Shown: in pieces, positions 8,488 through 17,700 of the stretch
How positions within the stretch are numbered: position 1 is the first letter of the stretch
Layout of the letters: every line of letters starts with the position of its first letter
Assembly (NCBI GenBank): GCA_964631415.1
Contig: CAZVZC010000018.1
Coordinates: forward strand, 1 to 36,533
DNA: 36,533 bases
Reading direction: 5' to 3'
From: an uncultured archaeon
GTDB lineage: Archaea; Asgardarchaeota; Thorarchaeia; Thorarchaeales; Thorarchaeaceae
Program-made: the position numbers and the translations under genes
The notes under the pieces: model-generated
What the model was told of the DNA's origin: nothing
What the model saw: only the letters and a program-made list of their open reading frames with translations
Databases searched by the model: none

Positions 8488-9735
8488 TTAGCGAAAATCA
8501 AAGGCCACCTTAATTGCATTGGCCCTAGCCTTTTGTTCACTGCACTTGAAAGCGGCTTTGAAGTCTTCTATTCTGAACTTATGTGTGAGCAGACCTCTGT
8601 ATAGATCCGCCGTCTTCTCTAATGCTCCTAATGCAAGGAACATGGTGTCAATCCTACTCTCATCGATTGTTTCCACGCCATGCATCATTGACCCAGTAAT
8701 GGTAAGCTGCTTGTACAGCTGCAGAGCCCAGTCAGTTGCCTTCGTCTTTCCGAAGCCCATTCCGACGATGACAACCCTGCCATTGCTTCTCACGAGGTGC
8801 AGGGCATCGTCTATCGTCGAGTCAGTGCCCACCGCGTCGAAGACGACATCTGGACCAGAGTCACCATAGAGGATGCGTTTGCCGATCTTGGGTTTGAACA
8901 GCACGCCATCTGTCATCTCAGCCACTCTTTCATAGAGGCGGTCATGTGGTCCTTCGGAAATCACTTCATCTGAGCCCAGTTTCTTTGCGGCCTCGGCTTG
9001 GAAGTCATACCTCGCCATCGTAATGATCCTACACTTGGAACCGAGTGCGCGCAGAGCGGCCACGATCATGAGCCCAATGATTCCTCCTCCAATCACCAGG
9101 ACCTTGTCATTATTGCCTGGACGGTTTCTGGCGACCGCATGCAGACTGACGGCAAAGGGCTCCGACAGAACCGCTATCTCGTCAGGGAGCGATGAGGGCA
9201 CTCTCGTGAATTGCCTCGCGAATCCAACGAAGTACTCGCTGAAGCCTCCTCCACTGAAACCACCGAAGCCTCCCCTGCCACCATACCGATTCTCAAGGTC
9301 TGTTCCGTCGCCGCGCCCAACAAGGGCATAGCAGGTTTCATAGTTGCCGTTTCTGCAGCTTGGGCACGGGGCAAAGCCAAATGACTCACAGGCCGCAAGA
9401 GGAGAGTGCACAACTCTGTCGCCGACGCTGAAATCACCCGCTTGGTCCCCGACTTCCACTACCTCCCCCACAAGCTCGTGCCCCATTGGGAATGGGTTTT
9501 CTCTTCTTGCAAGGATACTCGCTGAATAGGGCAGATTCACGTTAATCTGATGAATGTCGGATGTGCAGATGCCTGCGATGCGTGTCTTTACTTTGATCTG
9601 TCTTGGGTGTTTGACCTCCGGCACAGGCCAATCCTCTCGATACTTAACCATGGAGTACTTGCCCGCAAGGCCTGCCTTTTTCAGAATGACCTTCCACACC
9701 TTCAGGTCGTACATTATACCCTTCGTGTCAAGCAC
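8488..9735 (-). CDS. Zinc-dependent medium-chain dehydrogenase/reductase (alcohol/polyol/threonine dehydrogenase-like)
   Basis: Catalytic Zn motifs GICTSDIH and MGHELVGEV; structural Zn C..CPSC..C; NAD-binding VIGGGIIG; C-terminal IKVAF. Confidence 0.92.
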   Translation of the reverse strand: MLDTKGIMYDLKVWKVILKKAGLAGKYSMVKYREDWPVPEVKHPRQIKVKTRIAGICTSDIHQINVNLPYSASILARRENPFPMGHELVGEVVEVGDQAGDFSVGDRVVHSPLAACESFGFAPCPSCRNGNYETCYALVGRGDGTDLENRYGGRGGFGGFSGGGFSEYFVGFARQFTRVPSSLPDEIAVLSEPFAVSLHAVARNRPGNNDKVLVIGGGIIGLMIVAALRALGSKCRIITMARYDFQAEAAKKLGSDEVISEGPHDRLYERVAEMTDGVLFKPKIGKRILYGDSGPDVVFDAVGTDSTIDDALHLVRSNGRVVIVGMGFGKTKATDWALQLYKQLTITGSMMHGVETIDESRIDTMFLALGALEKTADLYRGLLTHKFRIEDFKAAFKCSEQKARANAIKVAFDFR

Positions 9736-9831
9736 CCCATTGCATGCCTGCGTTTAACTGGATCTTTCCACTCGTCCTTTCAGATACTATGACCGAACGG
9801 ATCTAGATTCTATCAGTAGAAGCCGGAAACC

Positions 9832-9846
9832 AGAGAGAGATATAAG
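9832..9846 (+). promoter_or_regulatory. Putative BRE/TATA promoter of the surface-protein operon
   Basis: Purine run AGAGAGAGA followed by TATAAG, about 180 nt upstream of the proposed TTG start. Confidence 0.35.
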
Positions 9847-10024
9847 TCGGATTGTTCTCTGTGGAAAACCCGAGGCCGCTGCCCGCTCGCGCCTAAGGAG
9901 AAGACAATGCACGCTAGGACCTCGTTTTCCGAAACCTATGCGAGAGTCATCATCCCGGAACGGCCCATTGTTGCTTGCACTTGCACCAACCGCCGGCTCG
10001 TCTTTTCATGGAGGTGAATCTAGG

Positions 10025-13000
10025 TTGTCACTGAATGCCACACTGCATCAGATACTCGTGATTGTCATGTTGTCAATGCTCATGCTCAGTTCGGCGACTG
10101 TAGTCACGGCTGTAGCATCTGAAATTCCCGCTCTGCCAAAATCTCGAGTCAATGACGGCCTCGAAACACAAGTTACTGTGTACTTCGACTCGTCGGCCAA
10201 TGACATCATGTCGACTGTAGCGATGGTCAGTGGTTGCATCCAGCGGTGTGGGATTCCTGTTGTCCAATCTGGTGTGCAGTCGATCCTCTCTCTGGACTAT
10301 TCACTGGAAAGAAGCGACCCGGGGATTGCAGTGTACATCTTCGAGAGCAGCCTGAGTGGTATTATGATACAGAGTGAAGTTGTTTCATGGACGGAAGTTG
10401 CTGTTCTCACGACAACGCACAATCTGATGCACCATGTATTCGGCATTGGCAATGCAAAGTGCCTCCTTCAGTATGTTCCTGATTCAGAGAAACTGCACAT
10501 TGACCAGACAGACATGATAGACCTGAGAATCACGACCGTGTACTCCCTATGGACGACCGCAGAGATACTGATTCAGAGCGATAGCACTATAGACAGCACC
10601 AGGGGCGAACAGCTCAGAACACTGGTTCTCAAGGACTTCTGTAAGAACATAAACGAGATCATCTCCAAGGCTCTCTTTCCGAAGACCTACACTGGCGAAC
10701 GAGTCCCTCAGCCAATCACAAACCCAAGACTCACACAATCATGGGTTGTGGAGGAACCCCAGCTGGATGCTGCCGGGGTCGAGTTGAAGCCAATCATGAA
10801 GATGTCCACGCAAGACAACGCTAGTGAGTACGTACCCCTGAGAGAGGTCTGCCCTGAGAGCGGCGTCGGAGGTCCTATCGGTTGGCTGGTTGACGTTGTT
10901 CTGGCACTCCTTACGGCTAATGGATTTGAGGAGCTTCAATTGAACGTCGAGGCTGCTGAGGAGATCAACGATTACGTCGACGGACTTGTGAAGGACGCCA
11001 AAGACGACGTTGTTGACTGGTTCAGCGACGAGGGATTCAACATAACAGGCTATGACTTCGCCTCTGCCATGCCATCGCTGCTCCAGCGGCAGATGTTTGA
11101 GCTGTGGGCCCTGGGCGACGACTTGATAGCTGACGCATTTACGGAAGCGGACGACTGGCTGACATCATGGGTCGAGCAGGTAGTTGAGACTCCAGTGCAG
11201 ACGGACCTCATCGGACTCACACCGGTCTTCCTTCTTCGCGTGGGAACGCCAATCAACCTTGGTTCAGACTTCGCCAGCTTCGGAGCAGTGATACGGATCA
11301 AGTTGCTGCCCACCTTCGAAGCTGACGAAACAGCCTTTGAAACCTTCATGAACAACGCCATTTTCGGAAGTCTGAATCTAACGAGTATGACGAACGTGAC
11401 AGAGGCCTTCACGGAGGTCAGGAAGTTCATAGATGTCATACCTGTCCTTGACATGGATCTGGCAGTCTGTGCGTTCCTGCCCAGCAAGAGCGCGTGGCTT
11501 CAGACCATCATGAGCCCCTTGGAGTTCAACTTCTTCGGAGCCGCTAGCATGCAGCTGGCGTTCCCGCCAATCGATGCATCGAACACCGAAAGGTCATTCA
11601 TTGAGGTCCGGTCCTGGTCACTCAAGTTCGATGTCGATGCTTCATTCACTATCACAATCTCAGCACTCCTTTCGGTACCCGGAGTGAGCGGAGTTGTAGA
11701 TACGATTATGGACACACTCTCTGAACTCCTCAGTGCCACTATCACTTTGACAGTTTCGGTCACATTTGAGATAAGCAAGCAGTATGTCGGCCAAGGGAGC
11801 CCCGCACGATCGAGTGTTGTTATTGACATTGTTGTTGGTGCCAGCATCCAAGTCCGAATACTCGTGGTCATATTCAGAGGAACATTCCAAGTAGGACTCA
11901 GGTTCCAACAGACTTCGGGAGGGTCCAGCAACTCCTCGACTCTGCTAGCTGATCAGGAGTCGCCTTTCACAACTAGTTCTCTTGCAGCAACCACACTGTC
12001 GGTTTCTCTAACGCTATACTGCTCGCTCTATTTGGGCGTTGACGTAGTCGGCGTAGGAACTGGTGCAGAGCTCGGTCCTTGGACAGATACCTATTCGCTT
12101 TCAACGTCTTGGGGTAGCAGTGACTACCTGACGAGCTCTGCGGACTTGACTGACACGGATCAGGATGGTCTTCCTGATGCCTTTGAGAGCCGAATGAACA
12201 CTGTGATGGGCACGACCTATCTGAGCACCAGCTCATCTGACACAGACTCAGATGGACTCAATGACAAGCTGGAACTCGAGCTCAATACTGCACCGAACGT
12301 CGCCGACACAGATGTAGACGGACTTCGTGATGGTCTAGAAGTGAAGACGTACTTGACAAACCCGCTGCTCAACGACACTGACAGGGACAACATCACGGAC
12401 GGTCAGGAAGTACTGGTGTACAAGACGAACCCGCTCGTGGTGGACACTGATGCAGATGGCCTAAGCGACTACTACGAAATCAACCGGGAATACGATGTTA
12501 CAAATACGAAAGGCACCTACGGTGCTGTCAACTCTGTCAAGATTGGCAACACGTACTATGACGACCGAACAGACCCTGTGAACTCTGACACGGACAATGA
12601 CGGCTTGCTGGACGGTGAGGAGGCCGAGAACGGGGTTGAGTATGCAAATGATACGGTAATCGCTGCTTGCTACTATGTCAAGAACAAGTACACAAGTCCC
12701 TTAGACGCTGACACCGACGATGATTCCGTATTCTGGGAGTGGCAGGATATTCCTCAGCAATTCGAGCCTGGCACATCGTACCTGAGAAACATGATAGACG
12801 GTGTCGAGGTGCTGGGTCAGTATATCACATTCATCGATAGCGAAGGGTATCCTGACGTGCAGTTCGTGAAGACGAACCCTGTCAACCCGGATACAGACAA
12901 TGACACTGGGGGCACCATCCTCTTCAACTCAGATGGTTACGAACTCACTTTGAGCCCACCAACTGACCCCACAAACGGCGACACTGACCATGATGGTCTG

Positions 13001-14722
13001 CTGGATGGCCGAGAAAAGATTGGTCCGTATGGGACCGGAACCGATCCAAACAGAGCTGACACGGACAATGACATGCTGCCAGACTATGAGGAGGTCACGC
13101 TGGCGACCAATGCAAGGGACCCTGACACTGATTCCGACGGTGTGATGGACGGCGAGGAGTACTACAAGTACGGGACCAGTCCCTTCCTCAACGACACTGA
13201 CATGGATGGCCTCACTGACTCGGAGGAGCTGTTCGAGTTCTATTCGAATCCACTTGTTCGGGACTCGGACGCAGATGGCTTGGATGACGGTGAGGAGGTC
13301 TTGTCCTATCTTACTGACCCCGTCAATGCGGACTCAGACTACGATGTGCTACTCGACGGCTATGAGGTACTTGTGTCTATGACAGACCCCATGCTGTTTG
13401 ACACAGACGTCGACGGGCTCGGGGACGGTGATGAACTGCTGATATATCATACAAACCCGCTTGATTGGGACACCGATGACGATTCCATCACGTTGACAAA
13501 TGAGTTTGGCAGAATCAGTTTCGCTTGGGGTGACGGAGCCGAGGTGGCATTCGGCACAAACCCCACATCTTCAGATTCCGACAACGATGGTCTGACTGAT
13601 GGAGAGGAGCTCTATCTGGGTCTGGGTTCTGCTGTCTTGGATCCCGTGCCGCTCAACCCTTTGTCAAACGACACCGACGGTGACGGTCTTTCCGATGGTG
13701 AAGAGATGATCATCGAGAATGTGTCGCTGAATACCTACCCATACTGGGGCTTAGTGGTAAGCCTCCGCTATGGCTCATGTCCTGCGAAGTTCGACAGTGA
13801 CGGTGACGGACTCAATGACACTGCTGAGGTGACCTATCTGTGTGATCCCACAAAGCCCGACACTGACGGAGACACAATGAGTGACGCCGTCGAAGTATAT
13901 GTGACCCATACAAACCCCACAAACAACGACACGGATTATGACGACATTCCAGACAACATGGAGTCAACAAACACGACCGAGTTTGCATTGGCTGCTGAGA
14001 TGTCTGGATGGGACTATGTGCCAAGTCAGTGGCCCATGTATCCGACATCTGCAACGGACAGTGACACAGATGACGACCTGCTGCCCGATGGCATTGAGCT
14101 GATTTACCACACTGGTCAGCTCAACCCAGATTCAAATGGAAATGGGGTGCTGGATGGAATGGAGTTCGATGCCGATGGTGACGGTCTGAAAGATGGAGAA
14201 GAGTTCTACATTTACAGAACGAACATGGGACCGCTTCCGATCGAGAACGGTACATGGATAGGAGAACCTGGCGGGTTCAATAATCCGGACAGTGATGGAG
14301 ATGGTCTCTCAGACGGCGTTGAAGTGCACACCTATGGCACTGACCCGACAGCGGCAGATTCAGACGAGGACGGTCTATCAGACGGCGAAGAGGCATCGCT
14401 TGGACTGAATCCACTTGTGCCGATTGTTCAAAGCGGTCCGACCTGGTATCTCATTGCAGTTGGGGCTGTCATTGGACTGGCCGCCGGCATTGGTGGTGAA
14501 ACGCTTATCTTGCTCATCAGGCAACGCGGCCTGAGATTCTGGAGATCGGGGAAGGCTTCAGGAAAGACTCCAGACCAGGAAACTAAGACCCCTGCCGCTG
14601 CCAAGACTGAGGTTGCGGCCGAGTCATCCCGGGAAGAGCCTAAGGAGCAAGAACCTGCCGCAGGTGAGAAGAGGACAAGGAAACGCACGACAAGAACAAC
14701 AAAGGAGAGTGGTAAGGCATGA
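10025..14722 (+). CDS. Large membrane-anchored surface protein/adhesin with ~26 thrombospondin type-3-like (DxDxDG) Ca-binding repeats
   Basis: The ORF is open from 9938, but TTG 10025 has a perfect GGAGGTGA SD (10010-10017) and is followed by a signal peptide. It contains repeats D[TS]DxDGLxDGxE...TNP, a C-terminal TM (WYLIAVGAVIGLAAGIGGETLILLI) and a K/E/T-rich cytoplasmic tail. Confidence 0.88.
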   Translation: MSLNATLHQILVIVMLSMLMLSSATVVTAVASEIPALPKSRVNDGLETQVTVYFDSSANDIMSTVAMVSGCIQRCGIPVVQSGVQSILSLDYSLERSDPGIAVYIFESSLSGIMIQSEVVSWTEVAVLTTTHNLMHHVFGIGNAKCLLQYVPDSEKLHIDQTDMIDLRITTVYSLWTTAEILIQSDSTIDSTRGEQLRTLVLKDFCKNINEIISKALFPKTYTGERVPQPITNPRLTQSWVVEEPQLDAAGVELKPIMKMSTQDNASEYVPLREVCPESGVGGPIGWLVDVVLALLTANGFEELQLNVEAAEEINDYVDGLVKDAKDDVVDWFSDEGFNITGYDFASAMPSLLQRQMFELWALGDDLIADAFTEADDWLTSWVEQVVETPVQTDLIGLTPVFLLRVGTPINLGSDFASFGAVIRIKLLPTFEADETAFETFMNNAIFGSLNLTSMTNVTEAFTEVRKFIDVIPVLDMDLAVCAFLPSKSAWLQTIMSPLEFNFFGAASMQLAFPPIDASNTERSFIEVRSWSLKFDVDASFTITISALLSVPGVSGVVDTIMDTLSELLSATITLTVSVTFEISKQYVGQGSPARSSVVIDIVVGASIQVRILVVIFRGTFQVGLRFQQTSGGSSNSSTLLADQESPFTTSSLAATTLSVSLTLYCSLYLGVDVVGVGTGAELGPWTDTYSLSTSWGSSDYLTSSADLTDTDQDGLPDAFESRMNTVMGTTYLSTSSSDTDSDGLNDKLELELNTAPNVADTDVDGLRDGLEVKTYLTNPLLNDTDRDNITDGQEVLVYKTNPLVVDTDADGLSDYYEINREYDVTNTKGTYGAVNSVKIGNTYYDDRTDPVNSDTDNDGLLDGEEAENGVEYANDTVIAACYYVKNKYTSPLDADTDDDSVFWEWQDIPQQFEPGTSYLRNMIDGVEVLGQYITFIDSEGYPDVQFVKTNPVNPDTDNDTGGTILFNSDGYELTLSPPTDPTNGDTDHDGLLDGREKIGPYGTGTDPNRADTDNDMLPDYEEVTLATNARDPDTDSDGVMDGEEYYKYGTSPFLNDTDMDGLTDSEELFEFYSNPLVRDSDADGLDDGEEVLSYLTDPVNADSDYDVLLDGYEVLVSMTDPMLFDTDVDGLGDGDELLIYHTNPLDWDTDDDSITLTNEFGRISFAWGDGAEVAFGTNPTSSDSDNDGLTDGEELYLGLGSAVLDPVPLNPLSNDTDGDGLSDGEEMIIENVSLNTYPYWGLVVSLRYGSCPAKFDSDGDGLNDTAEVTYLCDPTKPDTDGDTMSDAVEVYVTHTNPTNNDTDYDDIPDNMESTNTTEFALAAEMSGWDYVPSQWPMYPTSATDSDTDDDLLPDGIELIYHTGQLNPDSNGNGVLDGMEFDADGDGLKDGEEFYIYRTNMGPLPIENGTWIGEPGGFNNPDSDGDGLSDGVEVHTYGTDPTAADSDEDGLSDGEEASLGLNPLVPIVQSGPTWYLIAVGAVIGLAAGIGGETLILLIRQRGLRFWRSGKASGKTPDQETKTPAAAKTEVAAESSREEPKEQEPAAGEKRTRKRTTRTTKESGKA
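12152..14410 (+). repeat. Intragenic TSP3-like Ca-binding repeat array (protein-level repeats)
   Basis: About 26 DxDxD(G) units, mostly ~23-24 aa apart, with several longer inserts. The DNA copies are diverged. Confidence 0.9.
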
Positions 14723-17700
14723 GTGATGCGAGACGGACCCTGATAGCGGCGTCCATCATCTTGATGATGGCTTTGATTGTCGTTCCAACATCGCCTCCGG
14801 GATTCCTACCCACATTACTGCCTGATGAGAATGTTTCTCCAGACCAACAGAGGGACTCTCCGAATCTCATGCTGGACGGTGAGTTCAACCTCACGAATGA
14901 CTACCAGCTCATCTGGGAGCCCAACAACATACAGGGTTCGTCACATGCGGTAGCCACCTCTCCGAACAAGAACCTCATTGCAGTTGCTGGCGGATACCTC
15001 TCTGACAGCGAGGTGCATGTCTACAGATGGGATAACGCGTCAAAAGACTACATCCATGTGTGGGACGCTGGCAATGACTTAATCCGGAGTGATGTGCAGG
15101 ACGTCGCCATTGCGGACGCTGATAACAATGGTTTGCTTGAGGTCTACGCGGCCAGTGCAGACGGCAGGATATATGTATTCGAGGCGAGGGGTTTCGAGGA
15201 AGGCTTTGTCTACCTAGACAACGCGAACAACGTCTTTGAGCTTGTCTGGGACAGCCAACTTGCCATACGTCGCCAAGTCTGGTCTGTCAAGGTCGAGGAC
15301 GTCGACCATGACAATCAGGGCGAGATTGTAGCTGGTTGTTGGGACAACCGCGTCCATGTGTTCGACTACGTCGATCATTCTAACTACCCATACTGCCCAA
15401 GTCATTCGATGAGTTTCATACATGTGTGGGACAGCGGAAACCAGATTGGAGGACGGGTATACGATGTCGCTGTCGGCGACACTGATTGCGATGGTCGGAC
15501 CGACATTCTTGCGGCAAGTTATGACTGCCGGGTCTACGTGTTTGAAGAGATCCCATGCTTCAAGCACACATACCAGAAGAAGTGGGACAGTGGCGACGCG
15601 ATGTCCAAACCTGTCATTTCTATGGCGGTCAGCAACAATCTGGATGAAGACCAATACGGCGAGATTGTCGCATCAGCATACGGCGACGGAGTCTATGTCT
15701 TCGAGTACAATTCCACCAGTGCCAGTTACGATGTATTGAGAATCAATCGACAACTGGAGAGCTGGGAGGAGGGCACTGTATACACAGCAGGTGTGTGGAC
15801 AGGCTACGAGGCAGATCCATACGTGGACAAGAAGGTCTATGGATGGGAAGAACAAGGAGTCTACGAACTCGACCCACGACCGTACCCCTGGAAGACTATT
15901 GCGATTGGCGGCAATTCCTGCTTAGGCGGCCCCCGCGATTTGAACTGCACCACTTTTCAGCTGCCTGAGGTCTACAGCTATCTCTCAACATGGGGTGCGA
16001 ATGGCTCCCTCGCAGGTCAGTTCTATCTTCCAGATGACATCGCTTTCGATTCTTACTCGAATGCGTACGTACTTGACACTTCGAACAGCCGTGTCCAGAA
16101 GCTGACTGGGGCTGGTCAGTTTGTCGACGCTTGGGGAGAGCTTGGAAGCGGCGTAGGGCAGTTCAAGTGGCCCCAAGGCATATGTGTTGACGCGCAGTCC
16201 TATGTCTACGTTTCTGATACGTGGAATCACAGAATCGTGAAGCTGAACCCGGATGGAGTATGGCTGGCTTCTTGGGGAAACGAAGGAACCGGCCTTGGTC
16301 AGTTTGAATATCCAATGGGTATCGCGGCGGACTCCTCTGGGCGTCTGTATGTCTGTGACTCTCTCAACATGCGAATACAGGTGCTGGACACGGAAAGCGG
16401 TGCCGTAGTCAATTCCTGGGGCGCCAACGGTTCGGGTCCAGGTCAGTTCTACTATCCTTTGGCAATTGCCGTTAGCGAACTGGGTATCTATGTGGCCGAC
16501 ACCTACAACAACAGAGTCCAGATGTTCACCTCAGAGGGCGACTTCGTACTGCAGTGGGGCAAGCTAGGCGAAGACGCAGGTGACTTTGGCTATCCTGACG
16601 GGATTGCATGTGACCTCGAAGGCAACGTGTATGTCAGTGATACAGGCTACGACCACATTGAGAAGTTCACTGCTTCAGGCCGCTTGATAACAAACTTTGG
16701 CTCAACTGGTACCGGTTTCGGCGAGCTTACGGGTCCACGTGGACTGGAAGTTGCTCCCAATGGGGCAGTCTATGTTGTTGACTCCTCGAACAGCCGTGTA
16801 GAAGGCTTCGCCATTCAGAAGTACTCTCTGGACAAGACAATCGGTAGTTTGGGGACAAAGGTCGGTCAGTTCTACTTCCCGAGTGACGCAGCTATCGACG
16901 ATCAAGGGTACATCTTCGTATCTGATTCCAGCAACAACCGAATCCAGAAACTGGCCGGTGATGGCACCTGCATCACGTTGTGGGGAGAGCTGGGTGCAGG
17001 GGAAGGCCAGTTTAACTTCACATCGGGGATTGCAGTGGGCAATGGGAATAGCGTCTATGTCGTCGATCGAAACAACAATCGCATCCAGCGTTTCGACAGC
17101 GAGGGCAACTTCCTGAGGGCATGGGGTGTCAAGGGTTCGGGTGATGGGGAATTGCTCAGTCCCACTGACATAGATATTGGCCCAGATGGTACGCTGTACG
17201 TTACCGACACGGGCAACGACCGCATATCGCTGTTCACTTCAGAGGGTGATTTCATCAGGACCTTCGGTTCACACGGTGACCAGCCCAACCAAGTGGACAC
17301 CCCGTACGGTATTGCCGTTAATGAGCAAGGCACCATATTCGTCACTGAGAGGGGCAACAACAGAATCCATCTCTTCGACAGCGAGGGAACGTCCGTTGCC
17401 TACTGGACAGGCGAGTTCTCCGAGCCCTTGAGGATTGAACATGATGGATACGGGAATCTGTATTTGACCGTAATCAAGGGCACTGCCATTGCATTGATGA
17501 AGTTCACGATGGAGGGCATGCCACTTGGAAGCCTGCCGACCACAATCTCGAACTATCGGACATCTGTAGACTTGCAGATGCCTCTAGGGATTACGTTCGA
17601 CCGTGCAGGGGATCTCTTGATTGTGGATACGTGGGCAGGTGTTGTTGTAAGAACGTACACGGATTTCGTGCTCAATTCTGTGGCAGAGGCAATCGTAGAC

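Noticed and set aside
12152-17655. Repetitive DNA that might be a CRISPR array or a DGR template/variable pair
   Set aside because: The repeats are in-frame, diverged protein repeats (TSP3-like, NHL). I saw no identical nucleotide repeats with spacers and no RT or cas genes.
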